A stretch of 55,588 nt of DNA from a bacterium (GTDB lineage: Bacteria; Zhuqueibacterota; Zhuqueibacteria; Residuimicrobiales; Krinioviventaceae). Where the stretch lies: the NCBI GenBank assembly GCA_963674595.2, contig CAXXFV010000021.1:1-55588 (forward strand), read 5' to 3'. The notes below the pieces were generated by a model. That model saw only the letters and a program-made list of their open reading frames with translations. It had not been told where the DNA came from and made no database searches. Below, in pieces: positions 37,800 to 48,156 of this stretch (position 1 is the first letter of the stretch; each line of letters begins with the position of its first letter). Made by a program: the position numbers and the translations under genes.

Positions 37800-40412
37800 T
37801 TACCTTTTTTGATGAAAATCAAGTAAATTTTCTTTAACACTGACCTGAATTGTTTGACCTGCTGAGAATTGGCCTTCCAACAACCTGACAGCCAACGGAT
37901 TGATAACATCTTTTTGAATCAGTCTTTTTAACGGACGGGCACCAAATGCCGGATCATATCCATTTTCTGTAAAATAATTTTCAGCCGACTCATCAAGTTC
38001 AAGTTCGAGATCATGTTTTTTCAACATTTTTTTCACTTCAAGGAGCTGTAAATTAACAATTTCTTTTATATTTTCTTTTGTTAAAGTATGAAATACAATA
38101 ATATCGTCAATTCGATTTAAAAATTCCGGCCGAAGTTGAGATTTTAAAAGATTATAAATATTCTCTGTGATTTCATCATGAATTTGTTCACGATTCTCAT
38201 TTTGAATTTTCACAGATTTTTCCATAATCATTTGGGCACCGATATTGGATGTCATAATGATAATGGCGTTTTTAAAATTAACGGTTCTGCCTTTGTTATC
38301 AGTTAAACGTCCTTCATCCAAAACCTGTAGTAGAATATTAAAAACCTCAGGATGCGCTTTTTCAATTTCATCCAGTAGAACAACAGAATATGGTTTACGG
38401 CGCACGGCCTCGGTTAACTGCCCGCCTTCTTCATACCCGACATAGCCGGGAGGTGCACCAATTAAACGGGAAACAGCATGCCGTTCCATATATTCCGACA
38501 TATCAATCCGGATCAACGCATGCTCATCGTCAAATAAAAACTCTGCCAGTGCACGGGCCAGTTCTGTTTTTCCCACACCGGTAGATCCTAAAAATATAAA
38601 GGACCCAATCGGTCTGGCAGAATCCTGCAAACCCGTCCGCGATCTTCGTATTGCATTGGATACAGCCTGAACAGCTTCTTTTTGATTAACCATTCTTTGA
38701 TGAATTCGCTGTTCCATATTTAGCAATTTTTCTTTTTCACTTTCAAGCATCCGGTTGACTGGAATACCGGTCCATTTGGCAACAATCTGAGCGATATCTT
38801 CTTCCTCAACTTCTTCCTTTAAAAGCTGACGATCTTTTTGTAAATCAACGAGTCTTTTATTCTCGTTATCGATCTCGTTCTTTAGTTCAACTAACTTGCC
38901 GTATTTAAGTTCCGCAGCAAGATTTAAATCTCCGTCTCTTTCGGCATTATTCGCATTAATTTTTGTCTGCTCGATTTTTTCATTTAATGCACGAATAGCA
39001 GAGATAACACTTTTTTCCATTTCCCAATGAAGTCGTAATTCACGGCTCGTTTCAGAAAGATTGGCAATTTCTGATTCTACAACAGACAATCTTTTTTTGG
39101 AAACAGGGTCATTTTCTTTTTTCAAAGCCTGACGTTCAATTTCCAGTTGTTTCAAACGTCTTTCAACTTCATCCAGTTCCGTGGGCATACTGTCAATTTC
39201 AATTCGCAATTTTGAGGCGGCTTCGTCTATTAAATCAATGGCCTTGTCCGGTAAAAATCTGTCTGAAATATAACGATCAGAAAGCATGGCCGCAGCCACC
39301 AAAGCGCTGTCCTGTATACGCACACCATGATGAACTTCATATTTTTCTTTTAATCCGCGTAAAATAGATATGGTATCTTCAACAGTTGGCTGTTTGACAT
39401 TAATCGGTTGAAACCGGCGTTCAAGGGCGGCATCTTTTTCGATGTATTTGCGATACTCGTCCAAAGTTGTCGCGCCCACACAACGCAGTTCGCCCCTGGC
39501 CAGGGCGGGTTTCAGCATGTTGGATGCATCCATAGCGCCTTCGGTAGCGCCCGCACCAACCAGTGTATGCATTTCATCGATAAATAAAATAATCTCTCCA
39601 CTGGCGTCAGTCACTTCCTGTAACACAGCTTTTAAACGCTCTTCAAATTCACCGCGAAACTTGGCTCCGGCTATTAATGCGCCGATGTCAAGGGCCATGA
39701 TTTTTTTCGTTTTAAGATTTTCCGGGACATCACCCTGAACAATTCGATAGGCAATTCCTTCTGCAATTGCTGTTTTTCCAACGCCCGGTTCACCCACCAA
39801 AACAGGATTATTTTTAGTGCGTCGCGACAATACCTGTAAAACGCGTCTTATTTCTTCATCCCGGCCAACAACCGGATCAAGTTTTGAAGCACGTGCCAAT
39901 TGGTTCAAGTCCCGAGCATATCTTTTTAACGCCTGATATTTATCTTCAGGGTTCTGATCTGTTACTCGTTTTGATCCGCGAACATCTTTTAAAGTTTGTA
40001 AAATAACATTTTTTCCTAATCCGGCCTGGCGCAAAACATGACCGGCATCAGACTTGTCTTCAGACAAAGCCAATAATATATGTTCAATGCTCACAAACTC
40101 ATCATGCAGTTGCACGGATTCTTTTAATGCCTGGTCAAACAGATTATTAGAATTTTGTGAAAGATATATCTGTCCGATACCACTTGTTACTTGCGGTAAC
40201 TTTTTTAAATTTTTTTCATTTTGTTCATATATTAAATGTTGTTCAATTCCGGATTTTTTCAAAACAGCCTGAAATATACCATCTTTAGGTTCCAGCAAAG
40301 CTGCCATAATATGTGACGGTTCTATTTGCTGGTGCTGTTTTTCACCCGCTATTTGATGGGCTCTTTGAATTGCTTCCTGAGCTTTAACAGTTAATTTATC
40401 AAATGACAACAT
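37800..40412 (-). CDS. clpB: ATP-dependent disaggregase ClpB
   Basis: Two AAA modules ([16 protein letters not shown]), long coiled-coil M-domain, [14 protein letters not shown]. Confidence 0.96.
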   Translation of the reverse strand: MLSFDKLTVKAQEAIQRAHQIAGEKQHQQIEPSHIMAALLEPKDGIFQAVLKKSGIEQHLIYEQNEKNLKKLPQVTSGIGQIYLSQNSNNLFDQALKESVQLHDEFVSIEHILLALSEDKSDAGHVLRQAGLGKNVILQTLKDVRGSKRVTDQNPEDKYQALKRYARDLNQLARASKLDPVVGRDEEIRRVLQVLSRRTKNNPVLVGEPGVGKTAIAEGIAYRIVQGDVPENLKTKKIMALDIGALIAGAKFRGEFEERLKAVLQEVTDASGEIILFIDEMHTLVGAGATEGAMDASNMLKPALARGELRCVGATTLDEYRKYIEKDAALERRFQPINVKQPTVEDTISILRGLKEKYEVHHGVRIQDSALVAAAMLSDRYISDRFLPDKAIDLIDEAASKLRIEIDSMPTELDEVERRLKQLEIERQALKKENDPVSKKRLSVVESEIANLSETSRELRLHWEMEKSVISAIRALNEKIEQTKINANNAERDGDLNLAAELKYGKLVELKNEIDNENKRLVDLQKDRQLLKEEVEEEDIAQIVAKWTGIPVNRMLESEKEKLLNMEQRIHQRMVNQKEAVQAVSNAIRRSRTGLQDSARPIGSFIFLGSTGVGKTELARALAEFLFDDEHALIRIDMSEYMERHAVSRLIGAPPGYVGYEEGGQLTEAVRRKPYSVVLLDEIEKAHPEVFNILLQVLDEGRLTDNKGRTVNFKNAIIIMTSNIGAQMIMEKSVKIQNENREQIHDEITENIYNLLKSQLRPEFLNRIDDIIVFHTLTKENIKEIVNLQLLEVKKMLKKHDLELELDESAENYFTENGYDPAFGARPLKRLIQKDVINPLAVRLLEGQFSAGQTIQVSVKENLLDFHQKR

Positions 40413-40436
40413 AATCCCTCCATATACTATATATCT

Positions 40437-40463
40437 AAAAAAAGGCGAGAAAAACTCGCCTTT
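40437..40463 (-). terminator. intrinsic terminator after dnaK
   Basis: AAAGGCGAG-TTTTT-CTCGCCTTT then T run on minus strand. Confidence 0.75.
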
Positions 40464-40481
40464 AATTTAAATCATTCGATA

Positions 40482-42392
40482 CTATTTTTTATCATCGTCA
40501 ACAACTTCAAAATCCGCCTCCTCCGCATCAGGTGTATCGGCTTTCTGTTCACCAGCAGGTTCCTCCGGCGATGGTTGAGGTCCCTGTTGTGCCGAAGCAG
40601 CTTCATACATTTTTGATGCAGCTTCGTTCCAGATTTGCGATAATGCTTCACTGGCAGATTTTATTTCATCCAGGTTTTCAGTCTTGAGTGCTTCTTTTAA
40701 ACGTCCAACACTTGCTTCCAATTTATTTTTAAGGCCATCATCAAGTTTATCAGCATTGTCTTTAACTTGCTTTTCTGTTTGATATACAAGCTGATCACCC
40801 TGGTTCTTTGCATCTATAAGTTCACGTCTCTTTTTATCTTCAGAAGCATGTGACTTGGCGTCATTCACCATTTTGTCAATTTCTTCCTGAGACAATCCGG
40901 TGCTGGCTTCAATTCTGATGGACTGTTCTTTGCCTGTCGCCTTGTCTTTAGCAGAAACGTTTAATATACCATTGGCATCAATATCAAAAGTCACTTCAAT
41001 TTGAGGGACGCCACGTGGTGCCGGTGGAATTCCATCCAGATGAAAACGACCTAATGTTCTGTTACCGGATGCCATTTCCCGTTCGCCCTGCAAAATATGA
41101 ATTTCAACAGATGTTTGGCTGTCTGCGGCTGTCGAAAAAGTCTCTGATTTTTTCGTCGGAATGGTTGTGTTCTTTTCAATCAGTCTTGTAGCAACACCAC
41201 CGAGCGTTTCAATACCCAGTGATAAGGGTGTTACATCCAACAATAAAACGTCAGAAACCTCACCACCTAGCACGCCACCCTGAATGGCAGCACCAATAGC
41301 TACAACTTCATCCGGATTAACACCGCGATGCGGTTCTTTTCCAAACAATTCTTTAACCAACTGCTGTACTTTCGGCATTCGGGTAGAGCCGCCAACCAGC
41401 ACAACTTCATCAATTTCACTTGCCGACATACCGGCATCTTTTATAGCAATTTTACACGGTTCCAGAGTACGCTGGAACAAATCATCACAAAGCTGCTCAA
41501 ATTTTGATCGGGTTAACGTCATATTGAGGTGCTTAGGTCCCGAATCAGTTGCCGTTATAAAAGGCAAATTGATTTCTGTTTGAGCTGTGGTAGAAAGTTC
41601 ACATTTGGCTTTTTCAGCAGCTTCTTTTAATCGCTGTACAGCCATTGGATCTTTTGACAGATCAACACCTTCGAGTTTTACAAACTCATCAACCAGCCAA
41701 TCGATAACACGCTGATCAAAATCATCACCACCAAGGTGTGTATCACCATTGGTAGATTTTACTTCAAAAACACCGTCACCAATTTCAAGAATTGAAATAT
41801 CGAACGTACCACCACCTAAATCGAAAACAGCAATTTTTTCATTTGCTTTTTTATCCAATCCATAGGCCAATGAAGCAGCCGTCGGCTCATTTATAATACG
41901 TTTAACAGTTAAACCGGCAATTTCACCGGCTTCTTTGGTTGCCTGACGCTGACTGTCATTAAAATAAGCAGGAACAGTGATAACGGCTTCTGTAACTTTT
42001 TCACCCAAATAGTCTTCGGCAGTCTGTTTCATTTTCTGTAAAACCATCGCAGATATTTCCTGCGGTGAATATTCTTTATCATCAATCTTAACTTTTGCAA
42101 CATCATTTTGACCGCTTAATACTTTATATGGAACTTCTTCAATTTCAGTACCAACTTCTTTATATCTTCTTCCCATAAAACGTTTGATAGAGTAAATCGT
42201 TTTTTCCGGGTTTGTAATAGCCTGACGCTTTGCTACCTGACCAACCAAACGTTCACCATTTTTTGTAAATGCAACAACAGAAGGTGTTGTTCGGGTTCCT
42301 TCCGCATTCGATATAACAGTAGGTTCACCACCTTCCATTACAGCAACACAAGAATTCGTAGTTCCTAAATCTATTCCAATAATTTTTCCCAT
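40482..42392 (-). CDS. dnaK: chaperone DnaK (Hsp70)
   Basis: [52 protein letters not shown]. Confidence 0.98.
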   Translation of the reverse strand: MGKIIGIDLGTTNSCVAVMEGGEPTVISNAEGTRTTPSVVAFTKNGERLVGQVAKRQAITNPEKTIYSIKRFMGRRYKEVGTEIEEVPYKVLSGQNDVAKVKIDDKEYSPQEISAMVLQKMKQTAEDYLGEKVTEAVITVPAYFNDSQRQATKEAGEIAGLTVKRIINEPTAASLAYGLDKKANEKIAVFDLGGGTFDISILEIGDGVFEVKSTNGDTHLGGDDFDQRVIDWLVDEFVKLEGVDLSKDPMAVQRLKEAAEKAKCELSTTAQTEINLPFITATDSGPKHLNMTLTRSKFEQLCDDLFQRTLEPCKIAIKDAGMSASEIDEVVLVGGSTRMPKVQQLVKELFGKEPHRGVNPDEVVAIGAAIQGGVLGGEVSDVLLLDVTPLSLGIETLGGVATRLIEKNTTIPTKKSETFSTAADSQTSVEIHILQGEREMASGNRTLGRFHLDGIPPAPRGVPQIEVTFDIDANGILNVSAKDKATGKEQSIRIEASTGLSQEEIDKMVNDAKSHASEDKKRRELIDAKNQGDQLVYQTEKQVKDNADKLDDGLKNKLEASVGRLKEALKTENLDEIKSASEALSQIWNEAASKMYEAASAQQGPQPSPEEPAGEQKADTPDAEEADFEVVDDDKK

Positions 42393-42453
42393 GTTCTCAA
42401 TCTCCTAAGATCAAATTTATTCGAAAATACATTTTTTACTTTTTCCTTCTTTA

Positions 42454-42470
42454 TGCAACATACATGCCAT
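42454..42470 (-). promoter_or_regulatory. sigma54 -24/-12 promoter of dnaK
   Basis: ATGGCATGTATGTTGCA, GG-N10-GC exact. Confidence 0.72.
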
Positions 42471-42493
42471 TACCAAGCATTTTCAAAAGTTAC

Positions 42494-42534
42494 AAAAAAA
42501 CAGGCACATAAATCAAATTACAATTATGTGCCTG
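42494..42534 (-). terminator. terminator-like hairpin after fmdB-like gene
   Basis: CAGGCACATAA-N12-TTATGTGCCTG followed by T7 on minus strand. Confidence 0.55.
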
Positions 42535-42567
42535 CAACGTTACAGATAAAAATATTTGTTATCATCA

Positions 42568-42600
42568 TGTCAATATGGCAGAAAAACAGCCATATTGACA
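42568..42600. promoter_or_regulatory. paired palindromic enhancer-like sites upstream of dnaK
   Basis: TGTCAATATGGCA (42568-42580) and AGCCATATTGACA (42588-42600) in inverted orientation. Confidence 0.6.
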
Positions 42601-42614
42601 ATAATTAAATAATT

Positions 42615-42857
42615 TTATTCTTTTTTGGTACTTTTCTCTTTTGATTCATTTTTAGGCGTACTCACAGAGCTTTTTTTATTTTTATAATCAGTTATATAAA
42701 AGCCGGAACCTTTAAAAATCAAACCATTTCCACCGCCAATTAATCTTTTAACAGCTCCACCGCATTTGGGGCATTCTGTTAAAGGTGAATCGCTCATAGA
42801 TTGAAATTCCTCAAATCTATAATCACAATTCACACACATATATTCATAAGTTGGCAC
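42615..42857 (-). CDS. FmdB family zinc-ribbon protein
   Basis: MPTYEYMCVNC...CPKCGG...LIFKGSGFYITDY. Confidence 0.88.
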   Translation of the reverse strand: MPTYEYMCVNCDYRFEEFQSMSDSPLTECPKCGGAVKRLIGGGNGLIFKGSGFYITDYKNKKSSVSTPKNESKEKSTKKE

Positions 42858-42888
42858 AGCTTACTCCTTCGTATGACATATTCGAAAC

Positions 42889-44400
42889 TTATTTTTTATC
42901 CTTTGGTATACGAAGCGCTCTGAAAAAGCTGGTATCACCTCGTTTCAAACGGAACAAGACGATATCATTCTGTTCCAGGTCTTTAACAGCATCGTTAAAT
43001 TCTTTTACAGACTTTACTTCTTTTCGGTTGACAGACATAATCAGGTCACCTTCACGAATTCCTTCTCGCGCTGCAACAGAATTACTTTCGAGCTGAGAGA
43101 CAATAACGCCTTCTTCAGTTTCATATCCCAAACGTTGACGTAAGGAACTGGATAATTCTTCAACCTCAATACCAAGTTTATTTTTTACGGAATCATCTGT
43201 TTTTTTCTCACTGCTGGTTCCGTCAGCCGGACGCTCTCCCAATTTGACGGTAACTTGCTTTTCTTTTCCTTCACGCCAAATAGTAACATTAATCTTAGAG
43301 TCCGGAGCAAATGTAGCAATATAATTTGTTAATTGCGAGCTATTTTCAATTTTCACATCTTCAACTTTAGTGATAACGTCGCCGTCTACTAAACCAGCCT
43401 TTTCTGCCGGGCTGTCTTTTACAACCTGCTGAACCAAAGCGCCTTTTGTATGTTCCATTTCAAATGCCTTGGCCATATTTTCATCAATATCGGCAATATA
43501 TACACCAAGCCATCCACGAATAACACGACCGTCATTTATAAGTTGTTTCATTACATTTTTAGCCAGGTTGATAGGAATGGCAAAACCGATTCCAACATTT
43601 GCCTGCCCAACAATTGCAGTATTTATACCAATCAATTCACCACGAAGATTAACAAGTGCACCACCGCTGTTTCCCGGATTGATGGCAGCGTCCGTTTGAA
43701 TAAAATCCTGATATGGCATCCGACCGCCACCGATCTGTAAACCGGAACGGCCTTTAGCGCTGACAATACCGGAGGTTACTGTATTTTGTAACATATCGGA
43801 AAAAGGATTTCCAATAGCCAGGACCCATTCGCCAACTTCAAGATCATCAGAGTTTCCAAGCTTAACAGTCGGCAGGTTATCTTTTTCTATTTTAATAACG
43901 GCTAAATCACTTTCCGGGTCTTTTCCTATAATTTCTGCTTCATATTCTTCTTTATCAATAACAACTGTAATTTCATTGGCGTCATTTACCACATGATTGT
44001 TGGTTAGAATATAACCATCCGGGTTAACAATGACACCGGAACCTAAACTACGTACGGATTGTTCTCTCTCTTCCGGCATTCTAAAAAAACGTTTGAAAAA
44101 TTCATCATCCATAAAGGGATGATAATTTTGACGTTTAATAACAGTCTGACTGTTGATTGTTACAACAGCAGGACTCACTTCTTTTGAAACAGCAACAAAG
44201 GCTTTGCTTAAACCTTCCAACCCTTGCAGCTCTTCACTTACAACCGATGTAGCTCCAAGTTGTATGGGTTGATCGTCATTCGAGCTGCCGGCAGCTATGC
44301 TTTTAATAGGTAAATTCAGATTCGATGATATAACCAAACCAACTACAATACCAATAAATATTGAAAATAAAACAACAAAAGAAATTTTTCTCGATTTCAT
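42889..44400 (-). CDS. degP: HtrA/DegP-DegQ serine endoprotease (protease + 2 PDZ)
   Basis: GSGVI, LTNNHVV, DLAVIKI, IQTDAAINPGNSGGAL, two PDZ domains. Confidence 0.92.
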   Translation of the reverse strand: MKSRKISFVVLFSIFIGIVVGLVISSNLNLPIKSIAAGSSNDDQPIQLGATSVVSEELQGLEGLSKAFVAVSKEVSPAVVTINSQTVIKRQNYHPFMDDEFFKRFFRMPEEREQSVRSLGSGVIVNPDGYILTNNHVVNDANEITVVIDKEEYEAEIIGKDPESDLAVIKIEKDNLPTVKLGNSDDLEVGEWVLAIGNPFSDMLQNTVTSGIVSAKGRSGLQIGGGRMPYQDFIQTDAAINPGNSGGALVNLRGELIGINTAIVGQANVGIGFAIPINLAKNVMKQLINDGRVIRGWLGVYIADIDENMAKAFEMEHTKGALVQQVVKDSPAEKAGLVDGDVITKVEDVKIENSSQLTNYIATFAPDSKINVTIWREGKEKQVTVKLGERPADGTSSEKKTDDSVKNKLGIEVEELSSSLRQRLGYETEEGVIVSQLESNSVAAREGIREGDLIMSVNRKEVKSVKEFNDAVKDLEQNDIVLFRLKRGDTSFFRALRIPKDKK

Positions 44401-44470
44401 AATGTCACCTTTCGTTAATTATCCAAGTCCAAAATTTAATAAATCCAAATCTTACAATATGGTTCTATTT

Positions 44471-44498
44471 TGAGACGTTTTTTATACGATCAGGTTCC
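44471..44498 (-). promoter_or_regulatory. ECF (sigmaE-type) promoter upstream of degP
   Basis: G-GAACCT-N16-TCTCA, matching the GAACTT-N16-TCTGA consensus and spacing. Confidence 0.6.
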
Positions 44499-44501
44499 AA
44501 A

Positions 44502-45476
44502 TTAAATTTTCAAACCCGATGCTTCTGCGTATTTTACTAAAAGCTCTTTTGCTTTTTTATTTAAATGGGTCGGGATTTTGATTTTCATTACCACATAATG
44601 GTCACCTTTTTTACCATCATTCTCAATCCCTAAACCTTTTAACTTTAACATCTTGTCAGGTTGAGTACCGGCGGGCACGGAAAGTTCAACAGTGTTACCC
44701 TTAATCGTTTTCACTTTAATTTTCCCGCCCAATGCGGCATGCACCATATCAACCGTAACATTAGAATAAATGTCCAGACCTTTTCTTTCAAATTCCGGGT
44801 GCGGTTCAACCACAAGTTTTAAAAGCAAATCACCGGCAGGACCGCCATTTTTACCCGGCTCACCTTGTCCTTTTAGTCTTATAACCTTATTATTTTCAGA
44901 CAGCTTGGGAATATTGACAGCCAATGTTTTTTTAGCGGTAACATATCCGGAACCATAACAGGAAACACAACCCCTGCCATTACAGGATGGGCATATTTTA
45001 GGACTGTTAATAGTAAACTGTTTCTTACCGCCCTGTAAAGCCGTATCAAAACTGATTTTAATTTCGGTATCCAGGTCTTTTCCTTTCGCAGCATGACCGG
45101 CTCTCTGCTGTGTATGTGGCTGACCTCCAAAAAACTGACTAAAAATATCTCCAAACCCGTCAAAAGAAAAACCACGAGACGATTGGCTTTGAGCTCTTTT
45201 ACCGCCAAACATGCTTCCAAGGTCTTGAAAATCAAAATCCTGAAAATTACCACCAAAAGCGCCCATCTTTCTCATCTGGTCGTATTTTTGACGCTTTTGA
45301 CTGTCATTTAAAACCGAATAGGCTTCAGAAATTTCCTTGAAACGTTCTTCAGCAACTTTATCATTCTGATTAGCATCCGGATGATATTTTTTTGCCAAAA
45401 CACGGTATGCACTTTTCACCTGAGCTTGAGAGGCATTCTCATCAATACCTAATATTTTATAATAGTCTTTACTCAT
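44502..45476 (-). CDS. dnaJ: DnaJ-class co-chaperone with reduced zinc finger
   Basis: J-domain KYHPD, G/F region, only CPSCNGRG-CVSCYGSG, C-terminal GQGEPG...GDL, HPEFER. Confidence 0.85.
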   Translation of the reverse strand: MSKDYYKILGIDENASQAQVKSAYRVLAKKYHPDANQNDKVAEERFKEISEAYSVLNDSQKRQKYDQMRKMGAFGGNFQDFDFQDLGSMFGGKRAQSQSSRGFSFDGFGDIFSQFFGGQPHTQQRAGHAAKGKDLDTEIKISFDTALQGGKKQFTINSPKICPSCNGRGCVSCYGSGYVTAKKTLAVNIPKLSENNKVIRLKGQGEPGKNGGPAGDLLLKLVVEPHPEFERKGLDIYSNVTVDMVHAALGGKIKVKTIKGNTVELSVPAGTQPDKMLKLKGLGIENDGKKGDHYVVMKIKIPTHLNKKAKELLVKYAEASGLKI

Positions 45477-46018
45477 TCTTTGTCAATCTCTTCCTCAACT
45501 TGAGCAACCTTAACTTTTGCCGGCCTGACAAGTTTTCCTTTGCAAAGAAATCCCTTTTGCCAAACCTCCAAAAGTCTTCCACTTTCACCATCTTTAACAT
45601 TTTCCATCATAACGGCTTCATGCAATTCAGGATCAAACACTTTATCATCAGTTTCAATCGGCTCAACACCAATATTCTTTAAAACAGACAACAGTTTGTT
45701 ATATATTAACATAACGCCATCTATTGATATAGCCTGTTCATCCTGATGCTGAAACAAATATTCAAAATCATCCAAAACAGGCAATAATTCAGTTACAACA
45801 TTACGGGTGGCGGTTTCATACCATTCCACACGCTGCTGTTCTATTCTCTTTTTATAATTAGAAAAGTCAGCCTGCAATCTTTTCAATTGCTCTAAATATT
45901 TATCAGAGTCACTATCACTCTGTTTGATTTCAAAATCAATTTTTATGGGCTCACCCTCTTTATTTTCTATATTTTGTTCGTCTGACATCTGTTTTTCTTT
46001 ACTATTTTCCAAATCCAT
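45473..46018 (-). CDS. grpE: nucleotide exchange factor GrpE
   Basis: RLQADFSNYKKR, LLPVLDDFE, FDPELHEAV, QKGF...VRPAKVKV. Confidence 0.93.
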   Translation of the reverse strand: MDLENSKEKQMSDEQNIENKEGEPIKIDFEIKQSDSDSDKYLEQLKRLQADFSNYKKRIEQQRVEWYETATRNVVTELLPVLDDFEYLFQHQDEQAISIDGVMLIYNKLLSVLKNIGVEPIETDDKVFDPELHEAVMMENVKDGESGRLLEVWQKGFLCKGKLVRPAKVKVAQVEEEIDKE

Positions 46019-46070
46019 CTGTTCCTCTGAATATTCTAATTTTAAATGATATTATTCAATGTCTTTACCA

Positions 46071-46087
46071 AGCAATACACGTGCCAG
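46071..46087 (-). promoter_or_regulatory. sigma54 -24/-12 promoter of grpE operon
   Basis: CTGGCACGTGTATTGCT, near-consensus with exact GG-N10-GC. Confidence 0.78.
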
Positions 46088-46174
46088 CAACACATTTCAT
46101 ACAAATAACACATAAGGCATTATTTAATATAAACATGTACGAAACAATCATGAAAAACAAAATCTGTCATCATC

Positions 46175-46187
46175 TGCCAATATGACA
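46175..46187. promoter_or_regulatory. palindromic enhancer-like site upstream of grpE
   Basis: TGCCAATATGACA, same TGYCA-ATA-TGRCA pattern as upstream of dnaK. Confidence 0.55.
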
Positions 46188-46192
46188 GACAT

Positions 46193-46224
46193 AAAAAAAG
46201 GAGATGATTTTTTGTCATCTCCTT
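46193..46224 (-). terminator. intrinsic terminator after peptidase gene
   Basis: AAGGAGATGA-CAAAAAA-TCATCTCCTT followed by T run. Confidence 0.75.
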
Positions 46225-46234
46225 AAAAGTAAGA

Positions 46235-46912
46235 CTATCTGTCACCACGCAATAAAATCAGCCTTATGAGCTGCAAGACTGCCATAGCCGCAGAAGCGAC
46301 ATATGTTAACGCGGCAGCGTTCAGCACTCTCCTGGCGCCGTTTATTTCATCACCTCTTAAATAACCACCGGAACTTAATTGCGCCAAAGCCCGGCTACTC
46401 GCGTTAAATTCAACAGGTAATGTCACAATATGAAATAAGACCGCTCCGGCAAAAATGAGAATTCCCAAATCCAAAAGCACTGGTATTGAAAAAATCAAAC
46501 CACCGATAAACAGTGGAATACCAAGAGATGAACCCAGATTAGCAACAGGAAAAATGCTCTGCCGTATATTTAACGGTATATAAGCCATTTTGTGTTGTAT
46601 GGCATGTCCGGTTTCATGTGCCGCTACACCTATAGCCGCTAATGAACTGGAATTATAAACATCCTCAGAGAGCCGCAGTTTTTTAGTACGGGAATCGTAA
46701 TGATCAGTTAGAGAACCCGCAACAGGTTCTACAGTCACATCGTTAATATTATTTTGATGAAGCAATTGTTTGGCTACCATAGCTCCTGTTAAACCTGAAG
46801 ATGAGCGCACTTTACTCATCTGGGAAAAGGCGCTTTTCACTTTATACTGAGCATATAGTGTCAGTGCAATTGCCGGAATCAGTAAAATCATTGTACTATC
46901 GAAAAAAAACAT
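46235..46912 (-). CDS. YugP-like neutral zinc metallopeptidase (membrane)
   Basis: GSLTDHYD, VAAHETGHAIQH (HExxH), TLPVEFNASSRA, AAALTYVA. Confidence 0.9.
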   Translation of the reverse strand: MFFFDSTMILLIPAIALTLYAQYKVKSAFSQMSKVRSSSGLTGAMVAKQLLHQNNINDVTVEPVAGSLTDHYDSRTKKLRLSEDVYNSSSLAAIGVAAHETGHAIQHKMAYIPLNIRQSIFPVANLGSSLGIPLFIGGLIFSIPVLLDLGILIFAGAVLFHIVTLPVEFNASSRALAQLSSGGYLRGDEINGARRVLNAAALTYVASAAMAVLQLIRLILLRGDR

Positions 46913-46947
46913 TATATACCTCCAAAAAAAATATAATCCATTATATT

Positions 46948-46976
46948 TTAGATGTAACCAACCGGAAAAAGTTACA
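46948..46976 (-). promoter_or_regulatory. possible ECF promoter upstream of yugP-like gene
   Basis: TG-TAACTT-N16-TCTAA. Confidence 0.4.
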
Positions 46977-47178
46977 CTCGTTTAAAACGAAATTTTTGTT
47001 TTAGAGTTTCACGCACAGATTTGGGAAGCAGAAAAACAAGGCCAAAAGATATAAGAACAATACCGGGAATAATTGGTAAAACAAGGCCAAGAAGACCAAT
47101 AACAACGAGTAAAGTACCCATAAAGGGTTTCCAATTTTGAAAAACCCGAATTTCTTTCCGTAATTTTCCGGGGTTCAT
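46972..47178 (-). CDS. small membrane protein, PGPGW-like
   Basis: GTLLVVIGLLGLVLPIIPGIVLISFGLVFL hairpin pattern. Confidence 0.65.
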   Translation of the reverse strand: MNPGKLRKEIRVFQNWKPFMGTLLVVIGLLGLVLPIIPGIVLISFGLVFLLPKSVRETLKQKFRFKRV

Positions 47179-47208
47179 ATCATTCCAACCTTTATAGTAA
47201 ATTTCATC

Positions 47209-47832
47209 CTATCTGTTACTCAACGCCTCATTATAATAATCCTTGTATTTTGCCAGTTGTTTTTCCTTTTCTGTTATCTGTTTGTTTAACAAATCCCGTG
47301 AAAACATCAAATCTTGACTTATAATTTCAATTTTCATCCTGACATGCTCAGACTTTTTACGAACATAAATAAAAATGAATATTTCAGCCACAAAAAGAGA
47401 AAAAAATAACCAGGGATTAAGAATTGAAAATAATAGTAGAGATGCTATTATTACAACCGCCGAAACAACAAGCAAAATATTTAAAAAAACTTTATGTCTG
47501 TTATATTTTAAAATCCTTTTATCAAGTGTACGTGTTCGGTTATAAAGTTCCTGAATTTCATTTTGCAAATCATTTATAGAGTTACTTATTTTGTTTATTT
47601 CCAAATCTTTATGCATTGCTATCAGATCGCGAACGACAAGGCCCTGTTCGTTTTGTTCATCCTTTTGCAGCACAAACCGGTTAAGTTCTGCTGCTTTTTC
47701 CAGCTCACCATTCTGTAAATATGAAAGTGATTTTTTATTATAAACTCGTTTCGGCAGCCATTTTTTTGATTCCGCGAATTGATAAGCAGCCTTAAAAGCC
47801 AGGGCCAGACCAAGACTTGAAAAAAATGACAT
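47209..47832 (-). CDS. hypothetical membrane protein (coiled coil - TM hairpin - coiled coil)
   Basis: 207-aa ORF with AAGGGA RBS; heptad pattern either side of two adjacent hydrophobic helices. Confidence 0.65.
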   Translation of the reverse strand: MSFFSSLGLALAFKAAYQFAESKKWLPKRVYNKKSLSYLQNGELEKAAELNRFVLQKDEQNEQGLVVRDLIAMHKDLEINKISNSINDLQNEIQELYNRTRTLDKRILKYNRHKVFLNILLVVSAVVIIASLLLFSILNPWLFFSLFVAEIFIFIYVRKKSEHVRMKIEIISQDLMFSRDLLNKQITEKEKQLAKYKDYYNEALSNR

Positions 47833-47844
47833 AAATATCCCTTG

Positions 47845-48156
47845 TTATTTAACAGCCAAGGCACGTTCTAGATATTCTACAGCTTTGGGATATTTTTCTC
47901 TAACAATTTCCCATTCACTTTCCGTCAAATCTTTGGGTTCTTTACCGGTCAGTTTAACAGCACTATCATAAACCATTTGGATCAGGTCACGGTTGGCATT
48001 TAAAACGCCGGCTGTTGCGCCAATCACTTCCAAAACACCATTTACAAAATCAACACCTGTTGCTGATTCCAGGCCTCTTTCAACCAGCAGACCGGTCAGG
48101 CCTCCGATCGCTCCATGTGTTAAAGATTTTTTAATTCTTGGGATTGCTTTTTTCAT
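47845..48156 (-). CDS. hypothetical protein with glycine-zipper-like segments
   Basis: GAIGGLTGLLV and GVLEVIGATAGVL; GGAGGA RBS. Confidence 0.65.
   Translation of the reverse strand: MKKAIPRIKKSLTHGAIGGLTGLLVERGLESATGVDFVNGVLEVIGATAGVLNANRDLIQMVYDSAVKLTGKEPKDLTESEWEIVREKYPKAVEYLERALAVK

Noticed and set aside
42568-42600. CIRCE element (inverted repeat with 9-nt spacer upstream of dnaK)
   Set aside because: Spacer length fits but arms (TGTCAATATGGC) do not resemble TTAGCACTC
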